64,000 bases of DNA from Sphingomonas sp. (GTDB lineage: Bacteria > Pseudomonadota > Alphaproteobacteria > Sphingomonadales > Sphingomonadaceae): the NCBI GenBank assembly GCA_019635535.1, contig JAHBZH010000001.1, forward strand, positions 1,018,995 to 1,082,994, in the 5' to 3' direction. The first letter of the stretch is position 1, and each line of letters begins with the position of its first letter. The notes below the pieces were generated by a model. It was not told where the DNA came from and searched no databases. It saw nothing but the letters and a program-made list of their open reading frames with translations. Position numbers and translations under genes: made by a program. Shown piece by piece: positions 56,166 to 64,000 of this stretch.

Positions 56166-57584
56166 ATGGCAGACACCAATTTCGACGTGATCGTGATCGG
56201 CGCGGGGCCGGGCGGCTATGTGGCCGCGATCCGGGCGGCGCAGCTTGGTCTCAGGACCGCCTGCGTCGAAAGCCGCGAGACTTTGGGCGGCACTTGCCTC
56301 AATGTCGGCTGCATCCCGTCCAAGGCCTTGCTCCACGCCTCCGAGCTTTATGAGGAGGCCGCGCACGGCACGCTCGCCAAATGGGGCGTGAAGACCAGCA
56401 AGGTCGAGCTCGATCTCGGCGTCATGCACGATGCGCGGCTGGAGGCGATCAAGGGCCTCACCCAGGGCATCGCCTTCCTGTTCAAGAAGAACAAGGTCGA
56501 ATGGCTGAAGGGCCATGCCAAGTTCACGTCGAAGAATGCGATCGACGTCGCCGGCACCTCCTACACCGCCAAGAATTTCATCATCGCCACCGGCTCGTCG
56601 GTGACGCCGCTCAAGGGCGTCGAGGTCGATCAGAAGCAGATCGTCGATTCCACCGGCGCGCTGGAGTTGGCCAAGGTGCCGGAGCATCTCGTCGTCATCG
56701 GCGGCGGCGTGATCGGGCTGGAGCTGGGCAGCGTCTGGCGGCGGCTGGGCGCGAAGGTGACGGTCGTCGAATATCTCGACCAGATCCTCCCCGGCATGGA
56801 CGGCGACGTCCGCAAGGAAGCCGCGAAGATCTTCAAGAAGCAGGGCTTCGAGATCAGGACCTCGACCAAGGTCACCGGCGCCAGCGCCAAGGGCAAGGCC
56901 GTCACGCTCACCGTCGAGCCCGCCGAGCCTGCCCCGGCGAAGGCCGGGGGCGGCAAGGCGGAGACGATCGAAGCGGACGCCGTGCTCGTCTCGATCGGCC
57001 GCAAGCCCAATACGGACGGGCTCGATCTCGCCAAGGCGGGTATCGAGGTCAACACATACGGCCAGATCGAGGTCGATCACGATTTCCGTACCGGCACGGC
57101 CGGCATCTACGCGATCGGCGACGTGACGCCCGGCCCGATGCTCGCCCACAAGGCGGAGGACGAGGGCATCGCCGCGGCCGAGATCATCGCGGGGCAGGTC
57201 GGCATCGTGAATCACGACGTGATCCCGAGCGTCGTCTACACCATGCCCGAAATCGCCGGCGTCGGCCTCACCGAGGAGGACGCGAAGGCGAAGGGCCATG
57301 AGGTCAAGACCGGCAAGTTCCCGATGATGGCGAACAGCCGCGCCAAGACCAACAAGGAGCCGGACGGCTTCGTGAAGGTGATCGCGGACGCGAAATCGGA
57401 CCGGGTGCTCGGCGTCCACATCATCGCCTCGGTCGCCGGCACGATGATCGCCCAGGCCGCCCAGGCGATGGAGTTCGGCGCCACGTCCGAGGACATCGCC
57501 TACACCTGCCATGCCCACCCGACCCACAGCGAGGCGGTCAAGGAAGCGGCGATGGCGGTGACGGGCCTGCCGATCCACATCTGA
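56166..57584 (+). CDS. lpdA: Dihydrolipoamide dehydrogenase
   Basis: GAGPGG, GGTCLNVGCIPSK, GGGVIGLE, HAHPT. Confidence 0.98.
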   Translation: MADTNFDVIVIGAGPGGYVAAIRAAQLGLRTACVESRETLGGTCLNVGCIPSKALLHASELYEEAAHGTLAKWGVKTSKVELDLGVMHDARLEAIKGLTQGIAFLFKKNKVEWLKGHAKFTSKNAIDVAGTSYTAKNFIIATGSSVTPLKGVEVDQKQIVDSTGALELAKVPEHLVVIGGGVIGLELGSVWRRLGAKVTVVEYLDQILPGMDGDVRKEAAKIFKKQGFEIRTSTKVTGASAKGKAVTLTVEPAEPAPAKAGGGKAETIEADAVLVSIGRKPNTDGLDLAKAGIEVNTYGQIEVDHDFRTGTAGIYAIGDVTPGPMLAHKAEDEGIAAAEIIAGQVGIVNHDVIPSVVYTMPEIAGVGLTEEDAKAKGHEVKTGKFPMMANSRAKTNKEPDGFVKVIADAKSDRVLGVHIIASVAGTMIAQAAQAMEFGATSEDIAYTCHAHPTHSEAVKEAAMAVTGLPIHI

Positions 57585-57590
57585 GTTAAT

Positions 57591-57618
57591 CTCCCCTCCC
57601 TGAAATCAGGGAGGGGAG
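57591..57618. terminator. 13-bp hairpin after lpdA
   Basis: CTCCCCTCCCTGA-AA-TCAGGGAGGGGAG; no U-tract on +. Confidence 0.45.
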
Positions 57619-57649
57619 GAAGATCGCCGTCTGTGATAAGGCGCTCGCC

Positions 57650-58303
57650 ATGCCGCCCACCTTCCCAGACGCGCTCGGGCCGACGCTCGATCTCCTGAAC
57701 CTCGCCGGGATTGCCGTGTTCGCGGTGTCGGGTGCGCTGCTCGCCGCGGAGAAGCGCCAGACGCTCGTCACCTTCGCCTTCTTCGCGGTCGTCACCGGCG
57801 TCGGCGGCGGCACGGTGCGCGACGTGCTGATCGGCGCGCCGGTCTTCTGGGTGCATCACAATGTGACCTTGCTGATCTGCCTGGTCGGTGCGCTCGCCGT
57901 CTGGGCGCTGCCGCGCCGGCTGTGGCACGACAAGGCCCTGCTCTGGTTCGACGCGATCGGCCTCGCCGCCTTCGCCGCTTTCGGCGCGGCCAAGGCGATG
58001 GCGTTCGGCATCGCGCCCTTGCCCGCCTTCGCGATGGGCGTGCTCACCGGTTGCCTGGGCGGCATCATTCGCGACGTGCTGGCGGGCGAGCCGTCGATCC
58101 TGATGCGCCCGGAGCTTTACGTCACTGCCGCCGCGCTCTCCGCCGCCGCGATGGTCGGGCTGAGCCTCGCCGGCCTGCCCGGCGGCGTGGCCGGGCCGGT
58201 CGCCGCCCTGCTCGGCTTCGGCCTGCGCGGCGCGGCGATCTGGCGCGGCTGGTCGCTGCCCGGCTATCCCGAGCTGTCAGCCCCGCACAAGCCAGGCGAC
58301 TAG
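57650..58303 (+). CDS. Trimeric intracellular cation channel family (UPF0126) membrane protein
   Basis: FAVSGAL, TGVGGGTVRDVLIG, DAIGL, TGCLGGIIRDVL. Confidence 0.9.
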   Translation: MPPTFPDALGPTLDLLNLAGIAVFAVSGALLAAEKRQTLVTFAFFAVVTGVGGGTVRDVLIGAPVFWVHHNVTLLICLVGALAVWALPRRLWHDKALLWFDAIGLAAFAAFGAAKAMAFGIAPLPAFAMGVLTGCLGGIIRDVLAGEPSILMRPELYVTAAALSAAAMVGLSLAGLPGGVAGPVAALLGFGLRGAAIWRGWSLPGYPELSAPHKPGD

Positions 58304-60148
58304 GCTGGCCAGCATCCCGCCTTGCGCGCGGCGAGCGGGCGGCGGCGCGCTCGCCGGACATTCCAGGCAGCGGGCCTGCATGACGGGGCCGTCGAGCAAG
58401 GTCTCGGTATCGGCGATCACGCGCGCCATCACCGCATCCGGGCGCGTGCCGGCCTGAGCGAAGATGTCGCGCGCGCTCGCCGGCGCCCGGGTCTGGGACA
58501 TGCCGGCGAAAACGCTCGCCAGGAATCCGGGCGCCTTTTCGAGGAAGACGGGGCGGGCGGTGTCCGGGTCGATTTCCGCCCGCCGCGCCGCCTCGGCGAT
58601 TGCCTCGGGCAGCGATCCGAAGCTGTCGACCAGCCCGATCTGCCGGGCGGTGCCGCCGTCCCAGACACGGCCCTGCGCGATTTCGTGGACCCGCGCGACG
58701 GGCAGGTCGCGGGCTTGCGAGACAAGCGCGACGAAACGGGCGTAGAGGCTGTCGATGCCCATCTGCAGCATCGTGCCGGCTTCGTCCGAGACCCCGCGCA
58801 GGATGTCGGGTTCGCCAGACAGCGGCGTGGTCCGCACGCCGTCCGTGCCGACTCCGATCCGGCGCAGGGTTTCCTCGAAGCTGGGCAGAACGCCGAACAC
58901 GCCGATCGAGCCGGTGATCGTGGCGGGCTCGGCCAGGATGGTGTCGCCGGCGGTGGCGATCCAGTAGCCGCCGCTCGCGGCCACCGATCCGAACGAGACG
59001 ACGACCGGAATACCGCGGGCCCGCACGGCATGGATGGCGCGGCGGATCCGTTCGGAGCCCGTCGCCGATCCGCCCGGCGAATCGACCCGAACCACCAGCG
59101 CGGAGAGCCGGTTCCCCCGTATGCCCTGCTCCAGATTCTCGACGATCGTCTCGGCGCCCGCATTGCCGGGAGAGGAGCGCCCGTCCGTGATGACTCCGGC
59201 GACGGTGAGCACGCCGATCCGTCCGCCCGGCCGGCTCGCCGGATTGTCGGCGAGGAAGGCGTCGTAGCGGACCGCGCGATAGGCGCCGGGCTGGCCGGAA
59301 GCGTCGCGGCCGGCCAGCTCGGCCATGCGTCGGCCGAAGGCGGTGCGGTCGCCGACATGATCGACCAGCCCGGCGGCGAGCGCCGCCCGGGCGAAATCGT
59401 TGCCGGCGCTGCGCAGGAACGGCATCGGATCGCGGACCCATTCGGCGACCCGCGCGTCGGGCCTGACCTGGCGGACATCCTCCTGCCAATTTTCCCACAG
59501 CGCGTCCGCGACCGCCTGATTGGCGCGCCGCGCCTCGGGCGACATGTCGTTGCGCGCATAGGGCTCGACCGCGGATTTGTAGGCGCCGGCCCGATAGATG
59601 TGGGCGGTGATGCCGAGCCGCTCCATCAGCCGCGCATAATAGAGCCCGGTCCCGCCCGGCCCGGCGATCCACACCGCCCCCATCGGATCGAGCCAGATCT
59701 CGTCGGCATGGGCAGCGAGCTGGTAGCTGTCATAGGTGTAGCCATTGCCGTAGGCGACCACCCGCTTGCCGGCGCGCCGCACCCGGTCGAGCGCGTCGCC
59801 GATGTCGCCGATCGCCGCCTGCCCGCCGCCGGTGAAAAGGTCGAGATCGAGCGCGACGGCCCGGATGCGGTTGTCGCCCGCGGCGCTGTCGAGCGCGTGG
59901 ACGATCTCGGCCAGCCGATATTCGCGCGTCATCGATCCGGCGATGGCGTCGAGCGGGCTGACTTCGGAGGGCTGCTCGACAATCGCGCCGGCGAGGTCGA
60001 GCACCAGTGCGCCGTCGCGTGCGCTGTCCCGGTAGGGGCTGGATGACAGCGCCGCGTAAAGGCCGCCGAAGAAGACCAGCATGACGATCAGGACGAGCCC
60101 GTCCTTGATCCCGACCAACAGTCGCCAGACCTTGCCCGCGAAGCTCAT
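58277..60148 (-). CDS. sppA: Signal peptide peptidase SppA (long form)
   Basis: YKSAVEP, VDSPGGS, AASGGYW, TGSIGV, GRVWDG. Confidence 0.95.
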   Translation of the reverse strand: MSFAGKVWRLLVGIKDGLVLIVMLVFFGGLYAALSSSPYRDSARDGALVLDLAGAIVEQPSEVSPLDAIAGSMTREYRLAEIVHALDSAAGDNRIRAVALDLDLFTGGGQAAIGDIGDALDRVRRAGKRVVAYGNGYTYDSYQLAAHADEIWLDPMGAVWIAGPGGTGLYYARLMERLGITAHIYRAGAYKSAVEPYARNDMSPEARRANQAVADALWENWQEDVRQVRPDARVAEWVRDPMPFLRSAGNDFARAALAAGLVDHVGDRTAFGRRMAELAGRDASGQPGAYRAVRYDAFLADNPASRPGGRIGVLTVAGVITDGRSSPGNAGAETIVENLEQGIRGNRLSALVVRVDSPGGSATGSERIRRAIHAVRARGIPVVVSFGSVAASGGYWIATAGDTILAEPATITGSIGVFGVLPSFEETLRRIGVGTDGVRTTPLSGEPDILRGVSDEAGTMLQMGIDSLYARFVALVSQARDLPVARVHEIAQGRVWDGGTARQIGLVDSFGSLPEAIAEAARRAEIDPDTARPVFLEKAPGFLASVFAGMSQTRAPASARDIFAQAGTRPDAVMARVIADTETLLDGPVMQARCLECPASAPPPARRAQGGMLASLVAWLVRG

Positions 60149-60259
60149 TTCGTTCCTCCAAGCCGTCCTGCCGGGCTAACGCACCTGGGCGGCTGTGTAA
60201 ATCCGCGACGTTTGCGCCATGTCCGCTGCGTTCTCTATAAGTAATCAATATTAAAATAT

Positions 60260-60281
60260 ATAGTTAATTATTCTTAACTAT
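60260..60281. promoter_or_regulatory. Palindrome within an AT-rich divergent promoter region
   Basis: ATAGTTAA-TTATTC-TTAACTAT. Confidence 0.5.
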
Positions 60282-60380
60282 TTGAATCTGTTGTATCCAT
60301 TTCGGCTTAGATACTTGTGTCGTCCAAGTAGAATTCATGTACAGTTTGGCTTCTTCCAATGAATGAGAGGAGCAGAGCTC

Positions 60381-61334
60381 ATGTCGTGGACAAATGGAAA
60401 GGCAATGACGGCGCTTTCGTCGGTCGTTCTCCTGATGGGTCTGACGGGCTGCGAATCGAACGGCTCGACTCGCTTCACCTCGGTCGGCCAGGCGGGCCCG
60501 CCGGGCGCGCAGGGCCCCGTCGGCCCGCCCGGCGCCCAGGGGCCGGCTGGTCCGGGCGGTACCGCGGGCTCCGGCGGGCCGGGAGGTCCGGGCGGCTTGC
60601 CCGGCGCCGGTCCGCTCGGCGCATTGGCGGTCGGCGGTCTGATCGGCCCCAGCGGCATCGCCGGCACCGGGTTGCTCGCCAATACCGGCGATCCTGGCGG
60701 CAGCGTTCCGGTCGCGTCCGGGGTGCTCGTCGCGGCGGGCGATACGGTCCGGCGCGTCTCCGGCGGCCCGGTCGCGATCCTCGCCGAACGGGTCGATGCG
60801 GCGTTGCCTGGCGCGGTGCCGATCGCGGGCCGGGTGGTCGAAGTGATCGCCAATACAGGCCAGGCGCTGGTGCGCACCGGCAACGGCCAGGATTATCTGG
60901 TCGACGGCCTGACCGCCGCGCCCGGCGCGCTCGTCAATCTCTCGGTCGGCAATGCCCGCGTGCTGGGCGCGCAGGGGCAGTCGCCGCTAGCCGGGGTCAG
61001 CGCGCTCTCGGGCACCCAGAATCAGGGTGAGGGGCTCAGTGTCGGGCTCGGTTCGGACGGCCGCGTGCTGGCTCTCGCCGCGCCGGTCGCCGGTGTCGGC
61101 GCGGATGGTCCGGTCGGCAATGCCGTCGGCGCCGTCACCGATGCGGTGGCCGGACTGGTCGCCGGTGCCACGGGCGGCGCCGAAAACGCGCCGGCCAGTC
61201 CGGTTCAGGGGCTGGTCCAGTCCGTGACCGGGGCATTGCAGCCACCCGCCGCCGGTCCGTCGCGTCGCCCGCTGGGCGGCATTTTGGGCGGCGTTCTCGG
61301 CGGTTCGGCCAGTCCCCCGGGCGGCAACGACTGA
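60381..61334 (+). CDS. Collagen-like Gly-rich lipoprotein
   Basis: Lipobox LTGC; about 12 G-X-Y triplets; start could be 60405. Confidence 0.8.
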   Translation: MSWTNGKAMTALSSVVLLMGLTGCESNGSTRFTSVGQAGPPGAQGPVGPPGAQGPAGPGGTAGSGGPGGPGGLPGAGPLGALAVGGLIGPSGIAGTGLLANTGDPGGSVPVASGVLVAAGDTVRRVSGGPVAILAERVDAALPGAVPIAGRVVEVIANTGQALVRTGNGQDYLVDGLTAAPGALVNLSVGNARVLGAQGQSPLAGVSALSGTQNQGEGLSVGLGSDGRVLALAAPVAGVGADGPVGNAVGAVTDAVAGLVAGATGGAENAPASPVQGLVQSVTGALQPPAAGPSRRPLGGILGGVLGGSASPPGGND

Positions 61335-61399
61335 GGGGTGTGCGAGGCTTCTTGTGGGGAGGAGCCTCGCCGTCGCCGCCAACAGGAAGGATTCCCCAC

Positions 61400-63022
61400 A
61401 TGTGCCGAATCTCGCTTGGCGCGCTCGCGCTCGCCGGCTTCGCGGGCGCCGCCGGCGCCCAGACCAGCACGCCGATCGACCGCGAACGGGTGGATCGCGC
61501 CCAGCCGGTTGCGCCGGCGGTGGCGGAAGAGCCCGCCCAGGCGCCGGCCGCCGCGATCCGGATCGCGACCGGGGAGGCGGCGGACGCGGCGCCGATCCGC
61601 TCGGTCCGGTTCGAGGGCAGCGACGTGCCCGCCATCGTCGCCGGCGCCGCACGCACGTTCATCGGCCGTCCGGCTTCGCGTGCCACGCTCCAGGGGCTCG
61701 CCGACGCGATGTCGCGCGCCTATGGGCGCTCGCCTGTCGCGCTCTTCACCATCGCGATTCCGGAACAGGACCTGGCTTCGGGTGACATCCTCGTGATGGT
61801 GGCGGAAGGCCATGTCGAGGCGGTGGTGCTGACCGGCGAGGTCGAAGGGCGCGCGCTGGAGCTGGTCACCGCTTATGCCGATCGACTGACTCGCGAGCGG
61901 CCGACCAGCCGCCGCGTGCTCGAACGCCATCTCTCGCTGATCCGCGACATTCCGGGGCTTACGACCCGGGCGCGGCTGGAGATGGGCGACACGCCGGGCG
62001 GCGTGCGGCTGATCCTGGCGCTCGATTATCGCCGGCCGACCCTGTCGTTCAGCTTCGACAATCGCACGACCCGGCTGGTGCGCGACGGCCAGGTCCAGGC
62101 TTCGGCGCGCGGCTACGGCCTGCTCCGCGAGGGCGACGAGACGCAGGTCAATGCCGCCGCCTCGGTCGATTTCGACGATTATGTCTATCTGGGCGCCAGC
62201 CACTCCACTCCGGTCGGGCGGGAAGGGACGCGGCTCGCCGGCTCGGTCGGCTATCTGGTAACGCGCCCGGCCGCTACCGGCCGCACCGGCGAAGCGGTCT
62301 CCTTCGGTCTCGTCCTCACCCATCCGCTGATCCGCGCCTATCGGCGCAATCTGTCGCTCAGCTTCTCCTTCGATGGGCTGGACAGCCGGAACGCCGCCTT
62401 CGGCGCGCTGATCGCGACCGAACGGACCCGGGCGCTGCGCGCGGCCGCCGGCTTTTCCGAGCTGGCGGAGCGTCGTACACTGAGCGGCGGCGTCACTCTC
62501 AGCCAGGGCCTCGGCCTGTTCGGCGCGGACGTGGCCGAGGTGATCGGCGATGCGGCCTTCTTCAAGATCAACGGCCGCGCCGCCCTTGATCAGGCGCTGG
62601 GGCGGCGGGCGGTCCTGCGCTTGCGCGGTGCCGGCCAGTGGACGAACGATCCGCTGCCTGCGGCCGAGCGGTTCGGCGTCGGTGGCGCCGAATATGGCCG
62701 CGCTTTCGAAACCGCCGTGCTCGGCGCCGATCGCGGTCTCGCCGGTCTCGCCGAGCTGGCCTGGCGACCGCTGCGCGTGCCCCGCCTCGCGGGCAGCGAG
62801 CTTTACGGCTTCGCCGATCTGGCCGCCGTCCGGCTGCTCGAACGGCCCGGCTTCGCCGGTCAGGACTTCGATCTCGCCTCGGCCGGCGGCGGGGTCCGCT
62901 TCGCCTGGGCCGACCGGGCGCTGCTGGAGCTCGAATATGCCCGCGTGGTCGATCGGCCGTTCGAAGCCTATGCCGGGGACTGGCGGATCTCGGTCGCCTG
63001 GCGGCTCTCGCTCCGCCCCTGA
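61400..63022 (+). CDS. ShlB/FhaC/HecB family (TpsB-like) outer membrane protein
   Basis: Signal peptide, POTRA-like region, beta-strand pattern, ERFGVGGAEYGRAF loop motif, aromatic C-terminal strand. Confidence 0.8.
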   Translation: MCRISLGALALAGFAGAAGAQTSTPIDRERVDRAQPVAPAVAEEPAQAPAAAIRIATGEAADAAPIRSVRFEGSDVPAIVAGAARTFIGRPASRATLQGLADAMSRAYGRSPVALFTIAIPEQDLASGDILVMVAEGHVEAVVLTGEVEGRALELVTAYADRLTRERPTSRRVLERHLSLIRDIPGLTTRARLEMGDTPGGVRLILALDYRRPTLSFSFDNRTTRLVRDGQVQASARGYGLLREGDETQVNAAASVDFDDYVYLGASHSTPVGREGTRLAGSVGYLVTRPAATGRTGEAVSFGLVLTHPLIRAYRRNLSLSFSFDGLDSRNAAFGALIATERTRALRAAAGFSELAERRTLSGGVTLSQGLGLFGADVAEVIGDAAFFKINGRAALDQALGRRAVLRLRGAGQWTNDPLPAAERFGVGGAEYGRAFETAVLGADRGLAGLAELAWRPLRVPRLAGSELYGFADLAAVRLLERPGFAGQDFDLASAGGGVRFAWADRALLELEYARVVDRPFEAYAGDWRISVAWRLSLRP

Positions 63023-63056
63023 TACGTCCCGCCCGGAAGAAAAGCGCGCTTGCGCT

Positions 63057-63084
63057 CTTGACCCTGTCCCGGCTGCGCCTAAAT
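63057..63084 (+). promoter_or_regulatory. Sigma32 (RpoH) promoter of groESL
   Basis: CTTG-N17-CCTAAAT. Confidence 0.7.
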
Positions 63085-63093
63085 CAGCGCGCG

Positions 63094-63120
63094 TTGGCAC
63101 TCGCCGTTCGGGAGTGCTAA
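63094..63120 (+). promoter_or_regulatory. CIRCE element (HrcA operator)
   Basis: TTGGCACTC-N9-GAGTGCTAA. Confidence 0.92.
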
Positions 63121-63186
63121 CACGCGAATCATTCGGCGCGGCTGTCCATATGCGGGCGGCCGCGCGATCAGGAAAGGGTTGGATAT

Positions 63187-63474
63187 ATGGCTTTTCGTCC
63201 GTTGCACGATCGCGTGCTGGTCCGCCGCGTGGAGGCCGAGGAGAAGACGGCCGGCGGCATCATCATCCCCGACACCGCCAAGGAAAAGCCCCAGGAGGGC
63301 GAGGTGGTCGCGGTCGGCGCCGGCGTCAAGGCCGAGGACGGCAAGATCACGCCGCTCGACGTCAAGGCCGGCGACAAGATCCTGTTCGGCAAATGGTCGG
63401 GCACCGAGGTCAAGATCGACGGCGAAGACCTCATCATCATGAAGGAAAGCGACATCCTCGGGATCGTCGGCTGA
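63187..63474 (+). CDS. groES: Co-chaperonin GroES
   Basis: [24 protein letters not shown]. Confidence 0.98.
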   Translation: MAFRPLHDRVLVRRVEAEEKTAGGIIIPDTAKEKPQEGEVVAVGAGVKAEDGKITPLDVKAGDKILFGKWSGTEVKIDGEDLIIMKESDILGIVG

Positions 63475-63529
63475 GCGGGGAGGGACTCCCCCTCCACGTA
63501 GCGTCAACTTCGTCAACTTCCAGATTTGA

Positions 63530-64000
<471 letters not shown>

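Noticed and set aside
60260-60281. CtrA box
   Set aside because: TTAA half-sites are 6 nt apart rather than 7

Overview
High-GC alphaproteobacterial chromosome segment; gene content, gene order and intergenic palindromes point to Sphingomonadaceae. It is mostly housekeeping: smc-dsbA-dsbA-dciA/mutY, serC-serA, yajC-secD-secF, tRNA-Pro(GGG), prmA, sdhCDA with a displaced sdhB, zapE, mdh-sucD-sucA-sucB-lpdA, sppA, and groES-groEL with CIRCE and a sigma32 promoter. The strongest unexplained signal is a pair of long, apparently non-coding elements: about 730 nt on + (22931-23664) and about 450 nt on - (25243-25692). They point toward each other across bactofilin, OsmC and PRC-barrel genes. Both are dense in cUUCGg/GNRA tetraloop hairpins on their own strand only. 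They share a promoter module (three tandem DnaA-box-like 9-mers plus GANTC sites), a 20/21-identical 5' motif and a 33/35-identical terminator, so they look like paralogues of a large structured ncRNA family I do not recognise. Other candidates: a Fur-box-controlled sRNA whose loop is complementary to the sdhC and sdhB ribosome-binding sites, a 51-aa zinc-ribbon micro-ORF, a REP half-site inserted in frame in lpdA, a perfect 19-bp hairpin over an RBS, and a collagen-like lipoprotein paired with a TpsB-type barrel. All calls come from reading the sequence; no database searches were run.
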